From the NCBI GenBank assembly GCA_052426225.1, contig JBNJNM010000009.1:806001-870000 (forward strand): a stretch of DNA of 64,000 bases. Direction: 5' to 3'. This document shows, piece by piece, positions 21,646 to 34,474 of this stretch (positions are counted from its first letter, which is position 1; every line of letters begins with the position of its first letter). The notes below the pieces were generated by a model. It did not search any database. It was not told the DNA's origin and saw only the letters and a list, made by a program, of their open reading frames with translations. Both the position numbers and the translations under genes were made by a program. This DNA is from Zancudomyces culisetae HAW-14-8 (taxonomy: Eukaryota > Fungi > Kickxellomycota).

Positions 21646-24143
21646 TTAGCAAAGCGAGTAGCAACGTTGATGAGAGTCAAATTTTAGAGTTCGGTTCTGC
21701 ACCAAGGCTTCCAGGTGAGATTGCAAAAGTGCTTTTGAATCGGAATCCTTAAAGCTGATGTCTGTATCAATAAACATCTCCAACATATCGGCTATGCGGT
21801 CAAGTGGTAAAGGTCCAAGGTTGGTAAGCATTCCGATAATGTAATTGTCGTATTGACTAAGACCGATATCAAGACCAGTATTGTTGGTAGTTTCATAGTC
21901 AGTGTTATTGTTATTGTTATTGTTATTGTTATTGATACTATGGGTATTGTCATGGCTTGCAATGTTTAAAGTAGCTGCAATTGGAACTGAAACTGGCAAT
22001 TGAGACGCAGGTAGTTGGCTAACAGTATCTGATATCGACTCTTTGGGTTTGTAGTAAAAATCATTGATTTGGTTGGTGTACTCCAGTAATATGTTGTTGT
22101 CGAGCCAGTACTCAATTGCGTTGTTCACTTCAGTAGCATGACAATCCATACACTTGATCAGATCAGAATGTTTTACCCAGCCATTAAACCCATTACTATC
22201 GTCACTACTTTGTTGGTTTATACTCAATAAAACGGTTGCAGCAAGTGGTTTGCATTCGAATGTGCGGCTGAATCCGCATTTCAGCTCAATATGCAACTCG
22301 ACAAATCCATGATTCGGCCCACAAAATACCAATCTCCGGCTGCTACTTCCTGCGCTGTTTCGATGCGTATCATTAACTTTGCTATACATTTCTTTGTAAA
22401 AAGATGCAGAGTCGGCCACAAAACCAGGCGTATTGAACTGTACATTGGCACCTCCACTCTTATTTGCACTCTTTATTGGCCAATGGTTTTCCGAAATTAC
22501 CACCACTCTGCTTCCGCCACTGTCTCTATTGCTATCTAAATTGCATTCCTCGCAAAACTCGAATGAAAGTTTGATATCATTCAGCATTACCAAGCAATTT
22601 GCCACCAGCTCTTTACTGCCAATCTCTTTTTGAAGCTTGTAAACGACCTGCTCAAGTTCTCGCAATTCGATGCTATTATTGGCTTTAATTAACTTTTCAC
22701 TCAGCTTTCTCTCAAACTCAGCAATAAATACCCTTTTGTTTGAAATCAACTCTACCAGTAAAGTTACAATTTTTCGCTCAACAGCTCTTGATCTGATGCT
22801 GTTTTGATATCCACCCCCAACACTCTCTTGTGTAGCTGTTGTAGATTTCTTCCAGTGCATAACCAAGCTGGTAATGTCCGTTCCATCCGATACCCAAATA
22901 TTATCCCGACCAAAACTCGGAATCTCGCCCCCAAACATCATTGATATCAACACTGTGTTGATGTCATTTCGCCTCTTCAAATATTGCCTCAAATTAAACG
23001 TCACCTTTTCCAACTCGGAATCGCTATGTCCTATCCCTCGGGATGTATACACCAGCTTTACCAGAAATCCAACTAACTCCTCCGTACACATGTCAGGAGC
23101 GAGTAGTTGTTGATCGATCCTTTCTACCAGCTCTCTTATAACCCTTCCAGCTACCTCTCCCAAACTACATTCCTTCAACTCGTTTATAATCCCCATGCTT
23201 GTCGGATAATTTTTTATTATCGAAATGATATCCTCAAGTCTAACATTCAGGTATGTTTCCACCACTACCCCATGATGAAATCCATTCCATCTTTCTACAT
23301 ACATATCCATTAGGTCTAACTCTCTACATTTCACCCAAACCCAGTTGCCAATAGTCTCTGCTGCTTTCTTTAACCTTTTTAATAAATTCTCCGAATACTT
23401 TCTTCGTTCCACATTTATTTTTGTGGTTTCTTTTAGGATTTGCTTAAATATCCCAAATATCTCCTCTTTTAATTGTTTTGTCAGCTTTACCAACTTGAAA
23501 ACCCTGTATGTGTTAATTATACTCGATGAACTATCTCCATAACCAGACTCCAAACTGGTTTGGTTCACCTCGAAACGCATCAGAATATATATATACTTGA
23601 GTAGAACGTCTTTGCATCCACTCGAATCAAATGCCCCCCATACAATAGCATTCCACAGCCCTTCTGGTTCCATACTTTCTCCAGTGATTGTATCATTTTC
23701 GATTTCCATTCCACCATCACCCCGTCCCACACAACAAAAAAATTCTTTCCTCTTTGCCTCTATTTCCAAGAATATTTTTCTTATTGCCCTCAATACACAT
23801 TCTATATAATACACATTTTGTAATTTGTTCGTGTCCTGTTCAGAAACACTGCTCTGAATCTCAAACTCGGCTACTGTCTCGCTCAGTTTCTCTTTTAATT
23901 CTGTCTTTATTCTTTTCGCCCGTCCGATATCGTAGTATCTGCCAATTTGATAATCTATTTCCGGCCGTCAAACACAAACACTGATTAGAACAAAACTATA
24001 ATTTACACAAAATAATCCTATAGTATAATCAACTTACACTTGTTGGAAAGTGAGACCTCTGGAAAATCCCCAACACTTTCCTCTCCATTTCGTGGCTCTA
24101 GTAATATCCTGTTGAAATTTTTGCTAAATAGTTCAAACTCCAT
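21646..24143 (-). CDS. APC2: Anaphase-promoting complex subunit 2 (cullin-like), 2 exons
   Basis: Exon 24143-24038, phase-1 GTAAGT..CTAAT..ATAG intron, exon 23954-21646. Motifs: LRQYLKRRND, CLVMLNDIKLS, VVVISENHWP, G.VELHIEL, C-terminal YIIGMLTNLGPLPLDRI.MLEMF (APC2 winged helix). Confidence 0.85.
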
Positions 24144-24703
24144 CTTGATTATTCTCGTTATGGTAAAACGAACCTAAAGGTTCAAGCAAGAATATCGGCT
24201 TACTGTCGGATTTGTTGATGCTTAAAATTATTGGATGCCAAATTAAAATTAAAATAATCACACCATTTATTACTTTTCACGCCCTTGAATATATTACACT
24301 AAGCTTGACACATTTTTCAAGCAGTCTATATTTGGTAGTAACCTTCTCTTTTGCTCGAGTACTCGGAGTAGGGGGGAGGGGTTATTTTATTTTTTTTAAA
24401 GTTTGGGTGTTTTGGAAATAACAAATATTTAAAACCAAATAATATCGATAAAAAGTTTCTAAATGGCCAAATATAAACAATTCTTTTAAATCACACGTGA
24501 TATCCCGCTATTCAATGCTTTTCCAAATTCAGTTGCAATTCCTGATATCTCAAGTCTAGTCTTGTTATTGGGGAGGCTATTTGTTAGCAGATGATTATTA
24601 AAACACCTTTGATTACTATTAACACCTTTTGTACTTCTTATAATTTCCTTTTATTTAATATTTTTCAACGTTATATTGCTAAATATTATTTTATATATAT
24701 TTT

Positions 24704-24928
24704 CTATTGTCGGACGAGACCGAGCGGGTCACGTTCTTTAGTCGGGTTTTTCATGCTAAGGAACTGTTGTTGCACATGCTCCTGAACAAAAGCAAATGTA
24801 TCATGTGACTCGGTACGATCCCACTCCATAGAGGTGGCTCCGGAACGGTCGCTGTCCGGAGAGTAACGACCCTCATCCTTGAACTGTTGGATGATGGCTG
24901 CACGTAGTTGCTGCATGAGACCTGACAT
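24704..24928 (-). CDS. Small hypothetical ORF (74 aa), possibly a mobile-element fragment
   Basis: GC-richer than its flanks, ATG start, TATA-like run upstream near 25100; no recognised motif. Confidence 0.3.
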   Translation of the reverse strand: MSGLMQQLRAAIIQQFKDEGRYSPDSDRSGATSMEWDRTESHDTFAFVQEHVQQQFLSMKNPTKERDPLGLVRQ

Positions 24929-26101
24929 GAGATTTTAATAGTTTCTAATATGTTTTAAAACTTAATATTCATTAACTAGCCGTAGCACTATTCCTAATAA
25001 ACAATTTAATTATCCTAAACCTGGATTTTAATTCTGAATCGATATTTATTTATCTTACTTTTCTTTACTTATTAAAACTATTAAAAGAGCTAAGGAATCC
25101 TCATCGAGTCTTCCTTCGCTTATATATATACTATTTCAATTAACCTATGTTTCTACGTAATATACTGAGTTTTTGCCTGTGGTTTCGTTCTTATATTCGT
25201 TTTCGTGTTCTTATTGTTCATATATTTGAATGTTGATTTCCTATAATCTTTTTAATTGCATTTCTCATTTTATAATTCTTATATAACTATTAATTTTTTC
25301 CAATTCACTAAATAGTATTGATATATTAGTGATCAACTTTAATTTACTTTAGTTGATTGATTATGTAGTAAATAAAATATTTATTTGAAATACTTAATTC
25401 CGATCTACATCGGGATACACACGACAAAGGCTAACAAAATAAATGTAAAGAAAAAACAAACAATTTTCACCCGAGATATCTACTTACCAAAAACAACAAC
25501 TATCCAATTATTTAAACAGCTTGTAAGAAAGTCAAACTTCTTTTTTTCCAATTCCAGAATGTTGGGGAGAGAAGGAGAATAGTGAATGGGTATTTTACCT
25601 ATTTGTATTAACTAAGTTGAATTTTTCGAATTATCCTTTGTTTATACTTTCTTTTTCTAGAATTGAACTTTGATTTTTATCCGCTAATGTGTATAAATGG
25701 AGAAAACAAAAAGATGTTGTAAGAAACAAATGTATTGCAAAAGCATTTGATGAATCTTTGCAGAGTGCGCTGAAAGCATCGCGTTGACAAAGGAAAGAAA
25801 GGGTTGGGGGGGGGGGGGAGGGAGGGTGAAAAGTGACTTTATTTAATGTTGTAAACTTTACTGAGTCTATAGGGTTGCAGAAGTATTTTGTGAGTATACT
25901 GGAGCAAGAAAAACGTGCATCAAGTTGGTATTAACTTTTGAAGTACTAATGTACTCTTATTTTTTTCAAAAGATGAGGAAAAAAAAAGTATAAATAGGTT
26001 TGATTCAAACCCAGCTATTTCACCCATCCATTCACCATCAACGTTATTTGGGTATTTATTTAGCTACTAAGAAATCACAACAGGTATAAAGGGAACCAAA
26101 A

Positions 26102-26704
26102 ATGAAAATAACATCAACAGCAAAGGCAATAGCAACAGTAGTATTGGCCTCCATCGCGTGTTCCGCAAGCATTACATTCAGTGATAACACATCATATACC
26201 GCATACGAATCTAAAGTGAATGAGTGTAGTCAATACAAAAATTGGTCTGCTTCAGGATTTCTCATTAATAACTTTGAACTGCTCAGAAAGTTTCCTGACA
26301 TGATATTTTATTCGGAAAAGTATTATGTAGGTGATCCCAGAAATAAATCCGATGATATCATGGATATACACTTTTATTTGGTCAGGGAGGTTTGTGATAA
26401 CCCTTCTAGTATAGATGGGGTTTCTATTAGAGCCATGCCATTAGAAAGTAGAAATGTACTCGGCGAGGCTCCACACAATGATGAAGGTTGCTATTTTCCT
26501 CACCTGTACGCGGGCAGTCGGCGTGCTAACGAGGTTGAAGGAGAAATGCGCCATCTTCTTGAGTATAGGGTTTGTGAAAGGGAAAATGATTGTGAACTCA
26601 AAATTTCTATGATCCCGTTTGAACAGGATAGAAAACTTTCTGTAGAGGAAGGGTGCAGTTTCATATTATATGAGCCTATTTACTCTAATGCTTGGTTGGA
26701 TTAA
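26102..26704 (+). CDS. Small secreted Cys-containing orphan protein
   Basis: 200 aa, signal-like MKITSTAKAIATVVLASIACSA, six Cys in the mature part, TATAAA at about 25989 upstream. Confidence 0.75.
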   Translation: MKITSTAKAIATVVLASIACSASITFSDNTSYTAYESKVNECSQYKNWSASGFLINNFELLRKFPDMIFYSEKYYVGDPRNKSDDIMDIHFYLVREVCDNPSSIDGVSIRAMPLESRNVLGEAPHNDEGCYFPHLYAGSRRANEVEGEMRHLLEYRVCERENDCELKISMIPFEQDRKLSVEEGCSFILYEPIYSNAWLD

Positions 26705-28464
26705 CATTTTCTTTTTTTCAGTTTTTTTGAAGAAGAGTTAGGGATTTTTTTTATTTTAGCATATTTTTAGCACATTCTTGTGAGTGAATATTGTATAAAG
26801 ATATAAAATAAAACTAGTTTAATGGGAAGAGTCGGATTACAAGTTTAAATTGTGGAAAATATCGTGTGATCCTAATGTATGGTTTCCTTTAACAACCCCT
26901 TCAGCATCTTAAAAGGATTATAGTTGAGTATGTATTAGATTTATAAGAGAATCGTTTTATAGTTGTTAACATATTAATGTATATAAAGTTTCGGAATATT
27001 TCCAAGATTTTGGAAAGACGTAAAAACCGAATAAATTTTTATAAAAAGTATAGCCAAAGGGAGTTAAAGAGTCAGATGGGGCTAAACAGATATATGTTCA
27101 AAAGTTACAGCCATAATAAAAATTATCTTGATAATCTAATGATTAATTCGATTAAGGCGATCAAACGTTTTTTATATTTTTTCTGCAATAAAAAGTTTTT
27201 TTTCTAGTTTGTTATTCAATGGTAAACAGATAAACTCAATAGATCAACAATAAATAGCGCAAACACAAGATTATCTACAATAATAAATTAATATTTAAAA
27301 GCACAAACAGTTCTAATTCGCCAAAGAAACAGAACACATGTCACATTGAGCCTAGGTTGAGCCGTAGTTCTGAGAAACCATGAACAGGATACAAACAGGG
27401 ATATGCACTTTATCTCGCCAATATAGTCGAAGCATACCTCTATCTGGGGATATATAATCACTAAAAGTAATATAAACAGTTAAAAGATTGTTTTTGTCAA
27501 GTATCAATATGAAGTTTCACTAGGTTAAAAGTTTCAAATTAAAACTTTTATCAAGATCATTGTTGGTAGCTACAAATTCAATTATTAGTAAATTAATATC
27601 CTCCTGGTTCGTAGCAGAGGTGATGTATTGGTGTTATAATCGAGCCGCTTCTTATTTCCTAGTTGTACTGGTACTAATATTAGTTTTAGTTGTGAATTAT
27701 CTTTGGCATTATTTATTGAAATGAAGAAAAGCAATGTCTGCTTATCCGTTCACACAAATTAGTTTCTATATCTACTATATATTTATTAACTGGAAAATTT
27801 AAAAAGTATCTAGGATTAATTGTTCAACAAAATGATAACATTATATGAAGAGTACACTGGTACGCTGAACATATACAGTACACTTTTAATAAAATACATG
27901 GATACCAACAGTCCTACAATTATTATAGAATGAACGATTTTACTAACCCCCAAACCACTACCTAATATTTCATTTTCAATCCCTATTTTGTGCAAAATAA
28001 CTCCTAAACTATGTTGAATTCACAACAAAGAACCTAAAACACGTTAAAAAATATCAATAATGAATAGTTATATAGTAATCAAGTAGCACCTTTGTTCCTC
28101 CAACAACCATGTTCTTATACTTTTCTGGAAGTTTGGCAAAATAATTTTAATCGAGTTGTTTTTGTAAGATGATTTTTGTACCATTCTCATGGTTCAACAT
28201 TGATCCTTTTATCTTAATTTAAACTAAGGGTCGTGATATTGATAATATTGTGCCGTTTATACCAAGGAGAACAATAACACAGGTTCTACTATCATTTTTG
28301 CAAAGCTGGATAACTATTTGTAATTATTAATTTTAGTAGTATGATTAATGTCATCTATCATAACAGTTTTCGGGTTCGAAAAACAAAAGTTAAATGAGTA
28401 GCATGTAAAAATGAATATATAATACAACCGCAATCATACTTCTGTCATTATTTCCCTATATTGA

Positions 28465-29556
28465 TCAGAGCAATGACAAAACCAAAAGGGGAATTGCGAG
28501 TAAAAGAGGTGTAATCGGTTTTGAAAGAAAGCTGACTGATTTTGAGCTGGAGCTGTTTACAGTAGAACTGGAACTATCTTGTGGATTGGTAGAATTGTCG
28601 TTAGTAGAATCGCCAGAAGGTACTGATTGCTTTTCATCTAAAAGGGTTGATTTATCAATGCCTGTAACATTCGCAATCCAATCAGCATAGTTATATACAT
28701 GGGTGAAGTAGTTTAGTGATCCATTTTCCCCACGTCTAATGTCTGTAGAATTATTGGGAATAGCTGGTAAAAAGTTCAAACCAACAAGCAGGTTAACCCC
28801 ATTAGCTGTATAAACTAGTGGTCCTCCGGAATCTCTGTAGTACACGCTTTTGTTGTCTTTAACAACTGTACAAATGACAGGGCCGTCATTACCGGTCCAA
28901 AATCCGACTTCCAGCTTGCAATCTTTTGAAGACGAAGGTGATACAGTTATTTTATTTAAAGTACGGGAAAGTTCATATTCTCCATCAAGCGAAGTCAAAC
29001 CCCAACCTGCAGTAGTCAACATCATATCATCCGTAACTTTTCCGCTATAAATCCTTGCTGGCGTTGCAACGTCTTTTGGTACAGGTTGTGACAGCTCAAT
29101 CAATCCTATATTAGCTCGCCCTATTGATGTTTCAATAGAAAAGTCTGGGTGAAAATAATATTCCTTTACATTGTATGACTGTACATCTGCCTCATAGCTA
29201 TTTATATTGGTACCAAGTGTAACTGAAATATCACTAATTTCAGTGTCATAACCTCTATAATAAAAACATGCGCTCAAAGTCACCACAAACTTGTCCGAAA
29301 TCAGTGAGCCCGTACAGAATACATCTTTCTCTCCAAATCGTACCACTAAACCTCCCATATATGGGAACTCTTCGATTTTTGCTGGTTCTCCACCTAAAAT
29401 TCGTGCATTTTTTTGAAAATTCGCGGTACTATCAACCAAATTGTTGGTGGCAAGACCCGAGTTGCTGACCGCAGCAGCAGACGCTGGGTTCAGGCTAGAG
29501 AGGGCTAGCGTTGTCACTATAGCTTTTAAAACCGATTGTTTGACAGAGAACAGCAT
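28465..29556 (-). CDS. Trypsin-like (S1A) serine protease homologue, probably catalytically inactive and GPI-anchored
   Basis: Signal peptide, R|ILGG activation site, CTGSLIS, AGWG, DSGGPL; TAAHC appears as TLSAC and DIAL as NIGL; Ser-rich spacer and hydrophobic C-terminal tail. Confidence 0.85.
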   Translation of the reverse strand: MLFSVKQSVLKAIVTTLALSSLNPASAAAVSNSGLATNNLVDSTANFQKNARILGGEPAKIEEFPYMGGLVVRFGEKDVFCTGSLISDKFVVTLSACFYYRGYDTEISDISVTLGTNINSYEADVQSYNVKEYYFHPDFSIETSIGRANIGLIELSQPVPKDVATPARIYSGKVTDDMMLTTAGWGLTSLDGEYELSRTLNKITVSPSSSKDCKLEVGFWTGNDGPVICTVVKDNKSVYYRDSGGPLVYTANGVNLLVGLNFLPAIPNNSTDIRRGENGSLNYFTHVYNYADWIANVTGIDKSTLLDEKQSVPSGDSTNDNSTNPQDSSSSTVNSSSSKSVSFLSKPITPLLLAIPLLVLSLL

Positions 29557-30309
29557 TATGGCAATCCATCCTTCTGTTAATTAGTTGTGAAGTATACGAT
29601 ATTATAGGGATAAAAGGACAATTAAGATGAGGTTTATGTCTTGGAATTCTAACAACACCCTTTATATCCTATTCTGGGTAAAATAATTTTATTTCAATCT
29701 CACTTTATCTTGTTGATGCTTATAGGTTTTAGTGTTCTATGAAATTGATTTGGTATTGTTTTTGATTTGATTTTGGTTAAATGTTTATTAGATTATTGAT
29801 TTGAATTTGATGTAACAACTTTTCTTTGTCTTTATTGGATTTCCTAAGCTTTCTGACATTTGAAACTTTTTTTTGGTGACTAAATATATTTAATATGTAC
29901 TTATGGTCTAATAGTTGATGCGCAGCATCAAACGATTTAACTGAAATAGTAAAAAACAGATTTAATAACAAATATATGACATAACCAAGAAGCTTGTAAT
30001 GCCAATTGTTGAGCGACCAACAAATTAATAACAAAATAAAACCTGTAAAAAAGCTTGATGAAATCAATAAAAAGTCAGTCACACCTATCGTGTATTTTCA
30101 GCCTATTAAAATTATCGAAAAGTGATAATTCCATCTTTTATTTTTTGTATTTTTTCTGGAAGCGGTGGTTTGGTACACAAAGATTGCATACAACAAAAGA
30201 GAAATAGATAGATGGTAAATGAGCTCGATTGGTATCATCTCCATTCGGAGCCTAACCAAATTGAAAGTGACAGTATAATGGTAAAAAACACATTTATAGT
30301 TTGCTTGAA

Positions 30310-30990
30310 TATTATAAAATGCTATAAAAACAGCATGAAAAACGGGTGATACTGGTTGGATCAATTACTTTATCAGCAAAGGCGCCAAGTTTAATGGAGG
30401 ATCGGATGAATTTGAAGAAGCTTGTAAATAAGCTAAAGTTGGGGTGTTACAACACTGGATCAAGAATGGAGGTGTAGTGCCCAAGAATCCACAATATCCT
30501 TATATTAACATGGTATGTTTATTGGGTAACTTTGATATGGTAAAGCTTTTGGTAGAAAATGGAGTTGATCTGAGTGGCCCAGAACGATATGGAGTCAGAA
30601 TTGCATGTAGATTGGGTCTCAAAAGGACGCTTAAATATCTTTTGGATAACAATTCTACTCTAGGAAATATCTGTAGATACCAACTAGAGCGTGCATGCTT
30701 GGTTCAGGATACTAGATTGGTAAAAATGATACTTGGTCGTAATGATAGTTTAGGAGTATTGGAAAAAAGGGATAACACGGATAGAGAGAAACGCGAGAAA
30801 GCACGGTTCATTTCTTCTTTTGATAATGAAAACACTGACCGTTAATAAGAATATAAGATTAATAAAAACTTAAATTGAAAGGAGCGAACCCATCCAGTAA
30901 AATGATATTTTGGATAGTATTATCGATTGAAAAGGCAATTGACCACAAAAATGTAGAAATGATTCAATTGTTGATAAAGTATGATTTGAT
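30310..30990 (+). pseudogene. Ankyrin-repeat pseudogene, paralogue of 41042-44605
   Basis: AIKTA*KTGDTGWINYFISKGAK...EEACK*AKVGVLQHW...GNFDMVKLLVENGVDL...LERAC aligns with VLKTAYLMGDIKWIDYFTSKGAK...KEACESDNVNVLQHW...LERAC in the intact gene. In-frame stops and a frameshift before KAIDHKNVEMIQLLIKY. Confidence 0.8.
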
Positions 30991-33900
30991 ACAATTTATA
31001 TAAGAAATCAATTATGGAGATTGCAAGTACCTGAAAAACCAAAAATTTGCTGAATAGTGTCATGAAGAGAAAGATGTGTTTAAAAAATGAAACTGTCATA
31101 ACTTTTATAAATTAATAGTTGGGATATTAGTTATTTTAACTAAGCGTGTGTATTTGGTGTAATGCTATTTTTTATTATAATTAATGTCAAGCATCAATTG
31201 CTGTTACCCTGAATTTTTCAGTATTTTATAAATTAACTTTCATTAAAATTCATGGTTTGAATAATTAAATGTTATGAGTTAAACATAATGAAGCACATTT
31301 GGCTGCATATTATACAGTAATGCGGGTTATCTTTGCATTAGTTTTAAATTAAACAACGTTGAGCCTAGATTATACTTTGTCTAGGTCAACATTATTTGAA
31401 ATGGTAAAGTTTCTTGAATAAAAGTTGAAACATCTAAGCTGATTAAGTTTCAAACCTTCTTTCAGATCTCATTATTCCTTCTTTCACCTACTTTCTTTGA
31501 GTATATAATATATTAACTAGTATGTTTTTACTTTAAATGTTTTGTCTTGGTAATTGGATAATATTTAATAATTATATTGATAAACTAGTTTAGCTACGTC
31601 TTAATATATTCTTTTCACCAGTAACAATTTAGTACCTTGTTAATTACACATTCTGTATAAAAACCAGTAGTTCAGTGGATGGTTGTGATCAAAGTAACGT
31701 AGTTTTTTACACAACATGTACCAATATATGGTTTGTGTACTCATTTCAATGTATGAACAAAGCAGATTTTGTATAGGTACAATGATACGATAAAAATATC
31801 CAAGTACATATTCCTTTTTTTTTTTGTTTTATATATTTTGAATACTAAGATATTGGTAAATCTAACTTATTGAGTCAAAAGCTCATTACATTATATGTAC
31901 GTTTATTTCGAACTCAGTTCAAGTAGTTTTATTAAGAAATTCATTTATACTAAAAAAAAATTATAAACTTAAAATAATAATACCATTAAAAGAAAAGTTA
32001 GGTCATATAAAGTATTACTATATGTTTTAATAGACGTATTCATAGATACATTGTCAAACATCTTATGACTCTGTCAACGTTGTACTTAAGGCATAACTCT
32101 ATAATCTTTAGATTTATTTCTGATTGTGTCCTCAATTGTTCCGTCCGTTTCCTCGACTCTTCTGCGCTTGCTAGAGCTTTAAGAATCTCTTCACAGTTTT
32201 TGTCACTTTCCTCCAGTCTTTTCTCCCGCTTATTAAATATTTATGTATTCCGTATATTATTTAATAGCATTAAAATCCCTAGTGTATTATATGAAATAAT
32301 AAATAAAATTTGAAAAAGCATTGACATTTTAAGAATTTATTACTGGAAGTATATTTACTACGGAAAAAATATATTATGTTTATATAATATATAGAACTTT
32401 TTGCGTACTGTTTTTTTTCCTTTTTGACAAAAGATCTTGTTTTATCTTGCGGTGGACGGCATTATAGTAGAGGGTTTTGATTTTTGGTTGATACTACACT
32501 TGTTTTTCTGTATTTTTTCCTTTCCTTTTTTTTTTAGTTTGTATAATACTAGATTGTCATAAGAGATGGTTTTATTAATTCCAAGGTAAAAATGATCTTG
32601 TCAAAAAAGTGTCCAAAATTCAACGAATTTTTGTTGGTATTAATAAAAAAAATAAAACTAATGATAAAATTCTTGACAACTTTTACACATGTCAAAAAGC
32701 AAAGAGAATAAATGCAAAAGTGTTTTTTTGTTGCTTTATGCATCAATGAGGGAATACAGAAACGGGTGGGTTAACTAATGTGAAATAAAGATTCATTTTT
32801 GGATAGGTAAAAAGGTGTTTTTGAAATGCAATATTGACATATTTTGATTTTTCACTTTGTATCAAACTAATGTAGTAATGTCAATTACTCATCAAACATT
32901 ATTGGTGTATTGGGGTAAGAAGTATTGGTGGGAAGGGAGGATAGTGAGTGGTAAATATATTTGATTTAATTGAACAGTAAATATCATGATCTCTTTAGTA
33001 GTCTGATTAATTGCAAATATTTTTCATTGATGAGGTTATTGAATAAATAACGCATAAAAATAATAAAAACCTACCCAAAAAAATATCTATTAACAGGTCC
33101 TCGCCTACTCGTCTAGGAATTCCACACCTACTGACCGTTGGTTCAACAAGATTGCTTTTGGTCTAGATTGATTATGATTATCAGCCTCGCCTGTCAGAAT
33201 TGACACTATTATGTTTGTTTGTTTTAATGGTTTTTATCTGTGATAAGATAGTATTCTACTACTAAGTTTGTCACATTGAAAAAAGTCCTTTAATCATACT
33301 TAATATCTTTTCAAGTTTTTAATATCACCAAAATACTATTAGAAGATTTATCAAGTTACTAAAACATGAATAAACGCTTAAAATTAATCTCTAAAATGTA
33401 ATACCGAATTTGAGCTAATAATATTCTAAAGAGTTACTATTCATCAGCTTGATCATTTCTTTTAATTAAAATTTTGGAATAACCTTGTAGAAATACTAAT
33501 TCAAAATGAAACATGAAGTATTAATTACCTGACCCAACAGATTCTATCCAATAATATTTCTATATCCAACACTTCGTGATGCAATACTTGACATTTTCCT
33601 TTTTTACAGAAAGAGTAATTTAATTCTATGACTCCATTCTAAGGGAAACAGGAATGTTTTGTCTGTAGATAGTGTCAATTTTCAATCCTTACTGGGTTCC
33701 AGTATTCAATCTATCTGAGATTCGAACATTGATATTTAGATGATATCTGTGGTAGTATTTCCCGATAATCATTAATTATCTTTAGATATAAATGTGTGGA
33801 AATGTAAAATTTAATGGTTTACACTGTCAATTCGAAATAACCTAAATGGTTATCTTTCAGTGTCAAATTTAAAATAATGATGTCTTTATTTTTTATGTTT

Positions 33901-34474
33901 TATTTGGTATATACTTTATTAAAAGTTAACAGTTTTTTAATGAGCTTTGAAATATTCTATTATGGTAGGATAAAGGAAAAATCAGAATACGCAGAAAAAC
34001 ATCGTTTTTTTATTCAAAAGTCAATAAAGCTATTTTCTAAAAACTAAAAAATACCTAATACTGAAAATATACACTGAATTAGGAGCACGCTAATACTTAC
34101 CCAAAAAGAGGTTTGTTAGCGGGAATTGCCAAATTTCTTAGTCGTTAAAACAGTAGTCAATATATTAGTATTTTTTTACAAGTTTAAAACGCTTCAGAAT
34201 AAAATTGCTACAAAATAAAAAAGTATTTTATAAACATCCAAATCTACAAAAAAAAAACAATGAAACAAACGAAACTATCTTTGGTAATGCCTGGACAACA
34301 CAAAATAGTCCATCCAAAGGGGATAAAAACAGCACAACAAAATTAGGGGTATAGCAGCTAAACAAATACCGAACATATTAGCTGAGCATTATAAACTTAA
34401 TTTATTTGATAATTAAAGTTCATTTTTTTGAATTTTATAACACTAGAACCAAAAAATTAAGTTAATGAACAAGC

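Noticed and set aside
32030-32230. Minus-strand coiled-coil-like open stretch (REKRLEESDKNCEEILKALASAEESRKR...)
   Set aside because: No start codon, resolved exon structure or family motif; cannot be supported as a gene.
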